Positions 43,501-57,600 of a DNA stretch of 64,000 bases are shown piece after piece (the stretch's first letter is position 1; every line of letters starts with the position of its first letter). The stretch is from NCBI RefSeq assembly GCF_009914755.1, contig NC_060940.1. One strand, 5' to 3'. The notes under the pieces were generated by a model. It was given only the letters and a program-made list of their open reading frames with translations, had not been told where the DNA came from and did no database searches. A program made the position numbers and the translations under genes. Origin of the DNA: the human T2T-CHM13v2.0 reference genome, Homo sapiens.

Positions 43501-46346
43501 GATTCCATTTGATAATGATTACATCCGAGTCCATTCGATGATTCCATTTGAGCCCGTTCGATAATTCCATTTGAGTCCAATCAATGATTCCATTCATTTC
43601 CATTCAATGATTCCATTCGAGTCCATTTGATCATTCCGGTAGGGTCCGTTCGATGTTGATTCCATTGGAGTGCATTCGATGATTCCATTCGAGTCCATTT
43701 TAGGATTTGATTCGAGTCCTTTCGATGATTCCATTCGATTCCACTCGATGCGATGATGATTTCATTCGAGTCCGTTCGACACTTCCAATCGATTCCATTT
43801 GATGTTTCCATTCGAGTCCAATTGATGATTCCATTCAATTCCATTCGATGATGATTCCGTAGGATTCCATTCTGTGATGATTCCATGTGATTGCATTCAA
43901 TGATGATTCCTTTCGATTGCATTCGATTATGATTCATTTCGTGTTCATTCTATGGTTCCACAGGTTTCACATCGTGTCCATTCCATTATTCCATTCTATT
44001 CCATTTGATGATGATTCCATTCGATTCCATTCATTGGTGATTCCACTCAATTCCATTCAATGATTCCATTCCATTTCTTTCAACAATGATTCCATTAGTT
44101 TCTAATCGATGATCCACTTGATTCCATTTGACGATGATTCCATTCTTGTCCATTCGATGATTCCATTTGATTCCATATGATGATGATTCCATTCGATTCC
44201 ATATGATGATGATGCCATTCGAGTCCATTCAATGGTGATTCCATTCAATTCCATTCGGTGATTCCTTTCGATTCCATTTGATGATGATGGCATTTGATTC
44301 CTTTCAATCATTCCCTTTGATTCCACTCAAAGTTGATTTCATTCAAGTCCATTCGATAATTGCATTCGATTCCATTCTATGATGATTCCATTCGAGTCCA
44401 TTTGATGATTCCATTCAATTCAAGTCAATGATGTTTCCATTCGATTCCATTCGATGATTCCATTGGATTCCATTCGATGATGATTCCATTCAAATCCATT
44501 CGATAATTCAATTCACGTCCATTCGATGATGATTCCAATCGAATCCATTCAAAGATTCCATTCAATTCCATTCGATGATTCCCTTAGATTCCATTCGATG
44601 ATTCCACTTGATTGCATTTACGATGATTCCATTCGATTCCATGTGATGATTCCATTCAATTCTATTCAATGATGTTTCCATTTGATTCCATTCGACCATG
44701 ATTGCCTTTGATTCCATTCAATGATTCCATTCGGTTCCGTTTGATGATGATTCCGTTCGATTCCATTTGATGATTCCTTTTGATTCCATTGGATGAGTCC
44801 ATTCGATTACATTCGATGATTATTCCATTCGAGTGCATTAGATGATTCCATTCGAGTCCATTCGATGATTCCATTCGAGTCCATTCGATGTTGATTCTGT
44901 TCAAATCCATTCGATGATTCCACTCGATTCCATTCGATGACTCCATTTGATCCCATTCGATGATTTCCTTTGATTCCCTTTGATGATCATTCCATTTGAT
45001 TCAATTCGGTGATTTCATTGGATTCCATTCAGTGATGTTTCCATTCGACTCCATTCGATGATGATTCCATTCGACTACATTCGATTATGATTTCATTCAA
45101 TTCCATTCGATAAAGATTCCCTTCGAGTCCAATCGATGATTCCATTCGATTCCATACAACGATGATTTGATTCGTGTCCATTCGATGATTCCATTTGATT
45201 CCACTTGATGAGGATTCCATTCGACTCCATTTGATGATTCCATTCAATTCCATTCTCCGATGATTTCTTTTGAGCCCATTCAATGCTTCCACTCGATTAC
45301 ATATGATGATGACTCCATTCGATGAAACTCGATGATGATTCCATTCGCTTGCTTTCGATGATGATTCCACTTGAGTCCGTTAGAAGATTCTATTCAATTA
45401 CATTCCATGACGATTCTGTTCGAGTCCATTTGATGATTCCATTACACTCCATTCGACAATGATTCCATTCAATGTTATTCGATGATTCCATTCGATCTCA
45501 TTCGATGATGATTCCATTCAACTCCATTCGATGTTTCCATTCGAGTTCATTCTATTATTCCATTAGATTCCATTCGATGATGATTCCATTCGATTCCATT
45601 TGATGATTGCATTCTATTTCATTTGATGATGATTCCATTCGAGTCCATTCGATGATTCCATTCGAGTCCATTTAATGAATCCATTGGTTTCAATTCTATG
45701 ATGATTATATTGGATTCCATTCGTTGATGATTTCATTCGATTCCATTCAATGATGATTCCATTCAATTCCATTCAATGATTCCATTCAATTCCATACGAT
45801 GATGATTCCATTTGATTTGATTCAACAGTGAGCCATTCGATTCAATTCCATGATGATTCTATTTGATTCACTTGGTTGACATTTCCATTCGGTTCCATTC
45901 GATGATGATTCCATTTGATTCCATTCAAAGATGATTCCATTCTAGCCCATTCAATCATTCCATTCGATTCTATTCAATGATGATTCCATTCATGTCGATT
46001 TGGTGATTCCATTTGACTTCATTTGATGATGATTCCTTTCAAGTTCATTAGATGATTCCATTCGATTCCATTTGATGATGATCCCATTCGAGTCCATTCA
46101 GTGATTCCACTCGTTTCCATTCCATGATGATTCCATTCCATTCCATTCAATGATTCCATTCGATTCCGTTTGATGATGATTTCATTCGAGTCCATTTGAT
46201 GATTCCATTTGATTCCATTCGATGATGATTCCATTCGAGTCCATTCGATGATTCTATTCGAATCCATTTGATGATTTCTTTTGATTATATTTGGTGATGA
46301 TTCCATTGGAGTCCATTCAATGATTCCATTTGATTCCAATCGATGG
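34541..46346 (+). repeat. Higher-order repeat unit 3, shortened variant (11,806 bp)
   Basis: The offset to unit 2 goes 12,660 -> 11,824 (loss of 836 bp) -> 11,829 (CGATG duplication at 43746-43755) -> 11,806 (loss of one 23-bp monomer near 44870). Confidence 0.9.
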
Positions 46347-49300
46347 TGGTTCCATTAGAGTCCATTTAATGATTCCATTTGATTCCAGTCTCTGATGTTT
46401 ACATTCGAGTCCATACGATGATTCCACTCAATTCCATATGATGATGATTCCATTCGATTCCATTCGATGATTCCATTCTATTCTATTCAAAGGTGATTCC
46501 ATTCGAGTACATTAGATGATTCCATTCGATTCCATTCAATGATGATTCTATTTGTGTCCCTTAGATGATTCCACATGATTCCATTAGATGATGATACTAT
46601 TTGAGCCCATCCAATGATTCCCTTCGATTCCATTCGATGAGGATTCCATTCGATTCAATTCATTGGTGATTCTATTCAATTCAATTCTTTGATTCAATTC
46701 CATTCCATTCGACAATGATTCCATTCGATTTCTTTCGATGATTCCACACAATTTCACTTGACATTGATTCCATTCGATTCCATTCAATGATTCCATTTGA
46801 TTCCAGTGGATGATGATTGCCGTCGATTCCATTCGATCACTCCATTCTGTTCCATTTGATGATGATTACATTCGATTCCATTTGATGATTCCATCTGATT
46901 CTATTCGAGGATTCCATTTGATTCCATTCGATGATGATTCCATTCGAGTCCATTCGATGATTTCATTCGAGTACATCCAATGATTCCATTCGAGTCCATT
47001 TGATGATTCCATTTCATTCCATTTGATTATGATTCTACTAGAGTCCATTCAATGACTCCATTCGAGTCCATTCAACAGTTCCATCCGAGTCCATTCGATG
47101 ATTCCATTCGATTCCATTTGATCATTCCATTCGAGTACATTTAATCATTACAGTCGAGTCCATTTGGTGATTCCACTGGATTTCTTTTGATAATGATACC
47201 ATTCAATTACATTTGATGATGATCCCATTCAATTTCATTTGATGATGATTCCATTAGAGTCCATTCCATGATTTCATTCGAGTCCCTTCATTGATTCCAT
47301 CCGATTTCATTTCATGATGACTCCATTCGAGTCCATTCGATGATTCCACTCGATTCCATTAGATGATTCCATTGGAGTCCATTTGATTGTTCCATTCGAT
47401 TCCATTCGATTCCTTTCGAAGATTATTCCATTTGAGTCCATTCGATGATGATTCCATTCCATTCCATTCGATGATTCCGTTTGATTCCATTCGATGATTC
47501 CCTGCGATTACTTTCTATGATGATTCCATTCCATTCCATTCAATGATTCCATTTGAATCTATTCCATGATGATTCCTTTCGATTCCATTCGCTGATGTTT
47601 CCGTTCAATTCCATTCGATGATGATTCCATTCGATTCCATTCATTGAGGATTCCATTGGATTCCATTCAATGATGATTCCATTCTATTCCATTCAATGAT
47701 TGCATTCAATTCCATTCAATGATTATGCCATTAGAGTAAATTCAACGATTCCATTCAATACCATTCGATGATGATTCCTTTTGAGTCCATTCAATGATTT
47801 CATTCAAGTCCATTTGATGATTCCTTTCAATTCCATTCCATGATGATTCCATTCGAGTCCATTCGATGATTCCATTCGATTGCATTCGATGATTCCATTA
47901 TATTCCATTCAACGATGATTCCATTCGAGTCCATTCGATGATTCCATTAGAGTACATTTAATGATTGCTTTGTTTTCAATTCGAAGATGATTACATTGGA
48001 TTCCATTCTATGATTCCATTCGATTCCATTCATTGATGATTCCACCCAATTCCATTCGATGATGATTCCATTCGATTTCAATGATTCTACTCGATTCCAT
48101 TCAATGATGATTCAATTCTATTCCGTTTGATGATTCCATTAGATTCCATTCTATGATGATTCCATTCGAGTCCATTCGAAGATTTCATTCGATTACATTC
48201 CATGACGATTCCATTCGAGTCCATTCGATGATTCCATTTGAATCCATTCGACGATGATTCCATTTGATGCTATTCGATGATTCCATTGGATTCCATTCGA
48301 TGATGATTCCATTCGACTTGATTTGATGTTTCTATTTGAGTCCATTCGGTTATTTTATTAGACTACATTCGATGATGATTCCATTCGATGCCATTCAGTG
48401 GTTCCATTTGATTCCACTCAATGATGATTGCATTCGTGTCCATTCGATGATTCCATTTGGTTCCATTTGATGATGATTCCATTCGAGTCCATTCGATGAT
48501 ACCATTCAATTCCATTCGATGATCATTCCATTCGAATCCATTTGATGATTCCACTCAATTCCATTTGATGACTCCTTTCATTCCCATTCGATGATTCCCT
48601 TCAGTTCCAATTGGATGATCTTTCCATTTGATTCAATATGGTGACTCCATTCTATTATATTCAATGATGATTCCATTCGACTCCATTAGATGATGACTTC
48701 ATTCCATTCCATTCGATTGTGATTTCATTCGATTCCATTCGAAGATGATTCCATTCGAGTCCATTCGATGATTCCATTCGATTTCATTCAACGATGATTT
48801 GATTCGTGTCCATTCGATGATTCCATTTGATTCCACTTGATGATGATTCCATTCGAGTCCATTTGATGATTCCATTCAATTCCATTCTCCGATGACTTCT
48901 TTTGAGCCCATTCAATGCTTCCACTCGATTCCATATGATGATGACTCCATTCGATGAAATTCGATGATGATTCCATTCGCTTGCATTCGATGATGATTCC
49001 ACTTGAGTCCACTAGAAGATTCTATTCAATTACATTCCAAGACGATTCCGTTCGAGTCCATTTGATGATTCCATTAGACTCCATTCGACGATGATTCCAT
49101 TCGAGGTTATTCGATGATTCCATTCGATCTCATTCGATGATGATTCCATTCAACTCCATTCGATGTTTCCATTCGAGTTCATTCTATTATTCCATTAGAT
49201 TCCATTCGATGATGATTCCATTCGATTCCATTTGATGATTGCATTCTATTTCATTTGATGATGATTCCATTCGAGTCCACTCGATGATTCCATTCGAGTC

Positions 49301-51640
49301 CACTCGATGATTCCATTCGAGTCCATTTAATGAATATATTGGTTTCAATTCTATGATGATTACATTGGATTACATTCGTTGATGATTTCATTCGGTTCCA
49401 TTCAATGATGATTCCATTCAATTCCTTTCAATGTTTCCATTCAATTCCATACGATGATGATTCCATTTGATTTGATTCGACAGTGGGCCATTCGATTCAA
49501 TTCCATGATGATTCTATTTGATTCAATTGGTTGACATTTCCATTCGATTCCATTCGATGATGATTCCCTTTGATTCCGTTCAAAGATGATTCCATTCTAG
49601 CCCATTCAATCATTCCATTCGATTCTATTCAATGATGATTCCATTCATGTCGATTTGGTGATTCCATTTGACTTCATTTGATGATGATTCCTTTCAAGTT
49701 CATTAGATGATTCCATTCGATTCCATTTGATGATGATCCCATTCGAGTCCATTCAGTGATTCCACTCGTTTCCATTCCATGATGATTCCATTCCATTCCA
49801 TTCAATGATTCCATTCGATTCCGTTTGATGATGATTTCATTCGAGTCCACTTGATGATTCCATTTCATTCCATTCGATGATGATTCCATTCGAGTCCATT
49901 TGATGATTCTATTCGAATCCATTTGATGATTTCTTTTGATTATAGTTGGTGATGATTCCATTGGAGTCCATTCAATGATTCCATTCTATTCCAATCGATG
50001 ATGATTCCATTAGAGTCCATTTAATGATTCCATTTGATTCCAGTCTCTGATGATTACATTCGAGTCCATACGATGATTCCACTCAATTCCATATGATGAT
50101 GATTCCATTCGATTCCATTCGATGATTCCATTCTATTCTATTCAATGGTGATTCCATTCGATTCCATTCAATGATGATTCTATTTGTGTCCCTTAGATGA
50201 TTCCACATGATTCCATTAGATGATGATACTATTTGAGCCCATCCAATGATTCCCTTCGATTCCATTCGATGAGGATTCCATTCGATTCAGTTCATTGGTG
50301 ATTCTATTCAATTCAATTCTTTGATTCCATTCCATTCCATTCGACAATGATTCCATTCGATTTCTTTCGATGATTCCACTCGATTCCACTTGACATTGAT
50401 TCCCTTCGATTCCATTCAATGATTCCATTTGATTCCAGTGGATGATGATTGCCATCGATTCCATTCGATCACTCCATTCTATTCCATTTGATGATGATTA
50501 CATTCGATTCCATTTGACGATTCCATCTGATTCTATTCGAGGATTCCATTTGATTCCATTCGATGATGATTCCATTCGAGTCCATTCGATGATTTCATTC
50601 GAGTACATCCAATGATTCCATTCGAGTCCATTTGATGATTCCATTTGATTCCATTTGATAATGATTCTACTAGAGGCCATTCAATGACTCCATTGGAGTC
50701 CATTCAACAATTCCATTCGACTCCATTTGATGATTCCATTCGATTCCATTTGATGATTCCATTCGAGTCCATTTAATCATTACAGTCGAGTCCATTTGGT
50801 GATTCCACCGGATTTCTTTTGATAATGATACCATTCAATTACATTTGATGATGATCCCATTCAATTTCATTTGATGGTGATTCCATTAGAGTCCATTCGA
50901 TGATTTCATTCGAGTCCCTTCATTGATTCCATCCGATTTCATTGGATGATGACTCCATTCGAGTCCATTCGATGATTCCACTCGATTCCATTAGATGATT
51001 CCATTGGAGTCCATTTGATTGTTCCATTCGATTCCATTCGATTTCTTTCGAAGATTATTCCATTTGAGTCCATTCGATGATGATTCCATTTCATTCCATT
51101 CGATGATTCCGTTTGATTCCATTCGATGATTCCCTTCGATTCCTTTCTTTGATGATTCCATTCCATTCCATTCAATGATTCCATTCGAATCTATTCCATG
51201 ATGATTCCTTTCGATTCCATTCGCTGATGTTTCCTTTCAATTCCATTCGATGATGATTCCATTCGATTCCATTCATTGAGGATTCCATTTGATTCCATTC
51301 AATGATGATTCCGTTCTATTCCATTCAATGATTGCATTCAATTCCATTCAATGATTATCCCCTTAGAGTAAACTCAACGATTCCATTCAATACCATTCGA
51401 TGGTGTTTCCTTTTGAGTCCATTCAATGATTTCATTCAAGTCCATTTGATGATTCCTTTCAATTCCATTCTATGATGATTCCATTCGAGTCCATTCGATG
51501 ATTCCATTCGATTGCATTCGATGATTCCATTATATTCCAGTCAACGATGATTCCATTCGAGTCCATTCCATGATTCCATTAGAGTACATTTAATGATTGC
51601 TTTGTTTTCAATTCGAAGATGATTACATTGGATTCCATTC
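45140..51640 (+). repeat. 3,632-bp local tandem period bridging the inner array and the outer block
   Basis: Offsets of 3,632 (46584/50216; 46866/50498; ctactagag 47035/50667). The offset is transiently 3,655 between a 23-bp gain at about 49280 and a 23-bp loss at about 50160. Confidence 0.8.
46347..48770 (+). repeat. Truncated higher-order repeat unit 4
   Basis: It follows the unit order (agtctctgat, ctactagag, ggttattttattagactac markers) until about 48770, then jumps to sequence equivalent to about 20,670. Confidence 0.85.
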
Positions 51641-54600
51641 TATGATACCATTCGATTCCATTCAATGATGATTCCACTCAAATCCATTGGATGATTCCAT
51701 TCGTGTCCATTCGGTGATTTCATTAGATTCCATTCGAGGATGATTCCATTCGATTCCATTCGATGATTCCATTCAATTCCATTCGATGATGATTCCATTC
51801 CAGTCCATATGATCATTCCATTTGATTTCATTCGATGATGATTCCATTCGATTCCATTCGATGATTCCATTCTATTCCATTCGATGATGATTCCATTCGA
51901 GTCCATTCGATGATTCCATTCGAGTCCATTTAATGATTCCATTGGGTTCAATTCAATGATGATTACATTGGATTCCATTCTATGATTCCATTCAATTCCT
52001 TTCATTGACAATTTGATTCCATTCGATGATGATTCAATTTGAGTTCATTCGATGATTCTATTCGATTCTCTTCGATGGTGATTCAATTCTATTATATTGG
52101 ATGATTCCATTCGATTCCATTTGATGTTGATTCAATTCGATTCTATTCGATGATGATTCCATTGGATTTCACTTGATGATTCTATTCGATTCCATTCAAT
52201 GATGATTCACTTCTCGTCCATTGGATGATTCCATTTCATTCCATTCGATGATGATTTCCTTCGATTCCATGCGACGGTGAGCAATTCGATTCAATTCCAT
52301 GATGATTCTATTTGATTCAATTAGATGATGTTTCCATTCGAATCCATTCCATGATTATTCCATTGGAATCCATTTGGCGATGATTCCATATGAGTCAATT
52401 CAATGATGATTCCATATGGGTCCGTTCGATGATAATTCCATTTGATTTCATTCAATGCTTCTATTCTATTCCAGTCAATGATGATTCCGTTGGAGTCCAT
52501 ACGATGATTCCATTTGATTTCATTTGATGATGATTCCATTCGATGATGATTACATTGGATTCCATTCTATGATTCCATTCAATTCCATTCGTTGATGATT
52601 CGATTCCATTCAATGATGATTCCATTTGAGTTCATTCGATGATTCTATTCGATTCCGTTCGATGGTGATTCAATTCTATTATATTGGATGATTCCACTCG
52701 ATTCCATTTGATGATTATTCCATTGGAGTCCACTTAGTGAATCCTTTAGATTCTACTCGAAGATGATTCCATTCGAGTCCATTCAGTGATACCATTCAAT
52801 TTCATTCGTTGATGCTTCCATTCAAGTGCATTCGATGATATCATTCGATTCCATTTGATGATAATTCCATTTGATTCCATGCGATGATTCTATTCGATTC
52901 CATTCAATGATAATTCCATTCAATTCAGTGATTCCTCTGGACTCCATTTGATGATGATACCATTCAATGATTCCATTCGATTCTATTCGAAAATGATTCC
53001 ATTTGAATCCATTTGATGATGATTCCATTAGATTCCATTTGATGATTCCATTCAATTGCATTTGACGATGATTCCATTCGATTCCATTTGATGATTCCAT
53101 TCTATTCTATTCGATGATGATTCCATTCGATTCCATTTGATGATGATTGGATTCGATTCCATTTGATGATTTCATTTGATTCCATTCGTTAATGATTTCG
53201 ATCAACTCCATTCGATGATTCCATTTGATTCCATTCGATAATGATTACATCCGAGTCCATTCGATGATTCCATTTGAGCCCGTTCGATAATTCCATTTGA
53301 GTCCAATCAATGATTCCATTCATTTCCATTCAATGATTCCATTCGAGTCCATTTGATCATTCTGGTAGGGTCCGTTCGATGTTGATTCCATTGGAGTGCA
53401 TTCGATGATTCCATTCGAGTCCATTTTATGATTTGATTCGAGTCCTTTCGATGATTCCATTCGATTCCACTCGATGATGATTTCATTCGAGTCCATTCGA
53501 CACTTCCAATCGATTCCATTTGATGTTTCCATTCGAGTCCAATTGATGATTCCATTCAATTCCATTCGATGATGATTCCGTACGATTCCATTCTGTGATG
53601 ATTCCATGTGATTGCATTCAATGATGATTCCTTTCGACTGCATTTGATTATGATTCATTTCGTGTTCATTCTATGGTTCCACAGGTTTCCATTCGATGAC
53701 GTTTCCGTTCGTGTCCATTCCATTATTCCATTCTATTTCATTTGATGATGATTCCATTCGATTCCATTCATTGGTGATTCCACTCAATTCCATTCAATGA
53801 TTCCATTCCATTTCTTTCAACAATGATTCCATTAGTTTCTATTCGATGATCCACTTGATTCCATTTGGCGATGATTCCATTCGTGTCCATTCGATGATTC
53901 CATTTGATTCCATATGATGATGATTCCATTCGATTCCATACCATGATGATTCCATTCGAGTCCATTCAATGGTGATTCCATTCAATTCCATTCGATGATT
54001 CCTTCCGATTCCATTCGATGATGATGGCATTCGATTCCTTTCAATCATTCCCTTTGATTCCATTCAAAGGTGATTTCATTCAAGTCCATTCGATAATTGC
54101 ATTCGATTCCATTCTATGATGATTCCATTCGAGTCCATTTGATGATTCCATTCAATTCAAGTCAATGATGATTCCATTTAATTCCACTCGATGATTCCAT
54201 TGGATTCAATTCGATGATGATTCCATTCAAATCCATTCGATAATTCAATTCAAGTCCATTCGATGATGATTCCAATCGAATCCATTCAAAGATTCCATTC
54301 AATTCCATTCGATGATGATTCCCTTAGATTCCATTCGATGATTCCACTTGATTCCATTTACGATGATTCCATTCGATTCCATGTGATGAATCCATTCAAT
54401 TCTATTCAATGATGTTTCCATTTGATTCCATTGGACCATGATTGCCTTTGATTCCATTCAATGATTCCATTCGGTTCCATTTGATGATGATTCCGTTCGA
54501 TTCCATTTCATTATTCCATTTGATTCCATTGGATGAGTCCATTCGATTACATTCGATGATTATTCCATTCGAGTGCATTAGATGATTGCATTCGAGTCCA

Positions 54601-57600
54601 TTCGATGATTCCATTCGATTCCATTCGATGTTGATTCTGTTCAAATCCATTCGATGATTCCACTCGATTCCATTCGATGACTCCATTTGATCCCATTCGA
54701 TGATTTCCTGTGATTCCCTTTGATGATCATTCTATTTGATTCAATTCGGTGATTTCATTTCATTCCATTCAGTGATGTTTCCATTCGACTGTATTCGATG
54801 ATGATTCCATTCGACTCCATTCGATTATGATTTCATTCAATTCCATTCAATAATGATTCCCTTCGAGTCAATTCGATGATTCCATTCGATTCCATTCAAC
54901 GATGATTTGATTCGTTTCCATTCGATGATTCCATTTGATTCCACTTGATGATGATTCCATTCGAGTCCATTTGATGATTCCATTCGAGTCTATTTATGTA
55001 TTATATTCGTGTCCACTTCATGATTCCATTCAATTCCATTTAATGTTGATTCCATTTGATTCCATTTGATGATTCAGTTCGATTCCTTGCAATGATTCCC
55101 TACGATTCCTTTCTCTGATGATTCCATTCGATTCCATTCATTGATGATTTCATTCGACTCCATTCGATGATGATTCCTTTCGATTCCATTTGACGATGTT
55201 TCCATTCGAGTCCATTCGATGATGATTCTATTCAATTCTGTTCTATTATGATTCCATTCGATTTCATTCAATGCTTCTATTTGATTCCATTCGATGATGA
55301 TTCCATCTCTTTCCCTTCGATGATTCCATTTGATTCCATTCAGTGATGATTCCATTTGATTCCATCTGATGATGATTTCACTTGATTCCTTTCAATGATG
55401 ATTCAATTCAAGTCCATTCTATGATTCCATTGGAGTCCAAACGATCATTCCGTTCGATTCCATTCAATGGTGATTCCATTCATGTCCATTCGATGAATCC
55501 ATTCAATTCCATTCGATGATGACTCCATTCGAGTACATTCGATGATTCCATTTGATTCCATTTGAAGATGATTCCATTCAATTCCATTCGAAGATGATTC
55601 CATTCAATTCCATTCGATGATGATTCCGTATGAATCCATTCTCTGATTATTCCATTCGATTCCATTCATTGACGATTCCATTCAATTCCATTCAATGATG
55701 ATTCTCTTCTATTCCATTCGATGATTCCGGTCGATTCCATTCGATGATGATTCCATTAGATTCCATTCGATTGTTGCATTCGATTCCCTTCGATGATGAT
55801 TCCTTTGAATTCCATTCGATTATCATTCCGTATGAATCCATTTGATGATTATTCCATTGGATTCCTTTCGATGATGATTCCATTCGATTCCATTTGATGA
55901 TGTTTCTCTTGTATTCCATTGGATAATTCCTTTCAGTTCCCTTCGATGATTATTCTTTCGAGTCAATTCGATGATTCTATTCCATTCCCTTCGATGATGA
56001 TTCCATTTCACTCCATTTGATGATTCCATTCGACTCAATTTGGGGATGATTCAATTCGATGACATTCGATGACTCCATTCAATTTCATTTGATGATGATT
56101 ACATTCGAGTCCATTTGATGATTGTATTCCTTTCCTTTTGATGATTATTCCATTCGTGTCTATTCAAAGGTTCCATTCTATTCCATTCAATGATGATTGC
56201 ATTTGATTCCATTCAATGATTATGGCTATCGATTCCACTCGTTGATTCCATTTGATTCCGTTCGATGATTATTCCGTTAGATTCCATTAGAAGATTCCAT
56301 TCGATTTTATTCAATGATTCCAATGGATTCCATTCAATGATGATTCCATTCGACTCCATTCAGTGATTCCATTCGAGTCCATTTGATGATTCCATTCTTT
56401 TCCATTTGATGATGATTCCATTAGGGTCCATTCAATGATTCCATTCGAGTCCATTCGTTAATGCCTTTCGAGTCCTTTTGATCACTACATTCGAGTCCAT
56501 TCAATGATTCTATTCGATTCCATTCCATGATGATTCCATTCGAGTTCATTCGATGATTGCATTCGAGTCCATTTGATGATTCCATATGATTCCATTCGAC
56601 AATGATTCCATTCGTGTCCATTTGATGATTCCATTCATTTCCTATCGATGAAGATTCCATTCAAGTGTATTCGATGATTCCATTCAAATCCATTCGATGA
56701 TGATTCCATTCCAGTCCATTCGATCATTCCACTTGATTCCATTTGATGACTATTCCATTCAAATCCATTTGATGATTCCATTCGATTCCATTCGATGTTA
56801 CCATTCGAGTATATACGATGATTCCACTCGATTCCATTTGATGATTATTCCATTGGAGTCCACTTAGTGAATCCTTTAGATTCTACTGGAAGATGATTCC
56901 ATTCGAGTCCATTCGATGATACCATTCAATTCCATTCGTTGATGCTTCCATTCAAGTGCATTCGATGATATCATTCGATTCCATTTGATGATAATTCCAT
57001 TTGATTCCATGCGATGATTCTATTCGATTCCATTCAATGATAATTCCATTCAATTCAGTGATTCCTCTGGACTCCATTTGATGATGATTCCATTCAATGA
57101 TTCCATTCGATTATATTCGAAAATGATTCCATTTGAATCCATTTGATGATGATTCCATTGGATTCCATTTGATGATTCCATTCGATTCCATTCGATGATG
57201 ATTCCATTCGATTCCTTTTGATGAATCCATTCTATTGTATTCGATGATGATTCCATTCGATTCCATTCGATGATGATTGGATTCGATTCCATTTGATGAT
57301 TTCATTTGATTCCATTCGATAAGGATTTCGATCAATTCCATTCAATGATTCCATTCGATTCCATTCGATAATGATTACATCCGAGTCCATTCGATGATTC
57401 CATTTGAGCCCGTTCGATAATTCCATTTGAGTCCAATCAATGATTCCATTCATTTCCATTCAATGATTCCATTCGAGTCCATTTGATCATTCCGGTAGGG
57501 TCCGTTCGATGTTGATTCCATTGGAGTGCATTCGATGATTCCATTCGAGTCCATTTTATGATTTGATTCGAGTCCTTTCGATGATTCCATTCGATTCCAC

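Noticed and set aside
43581-43937. Novel fused 118-aa ORF in unit 3
   Set aside because: It is produced by a 5-bp CGATG duplication at 43746-43755 that joins two spurious frames.
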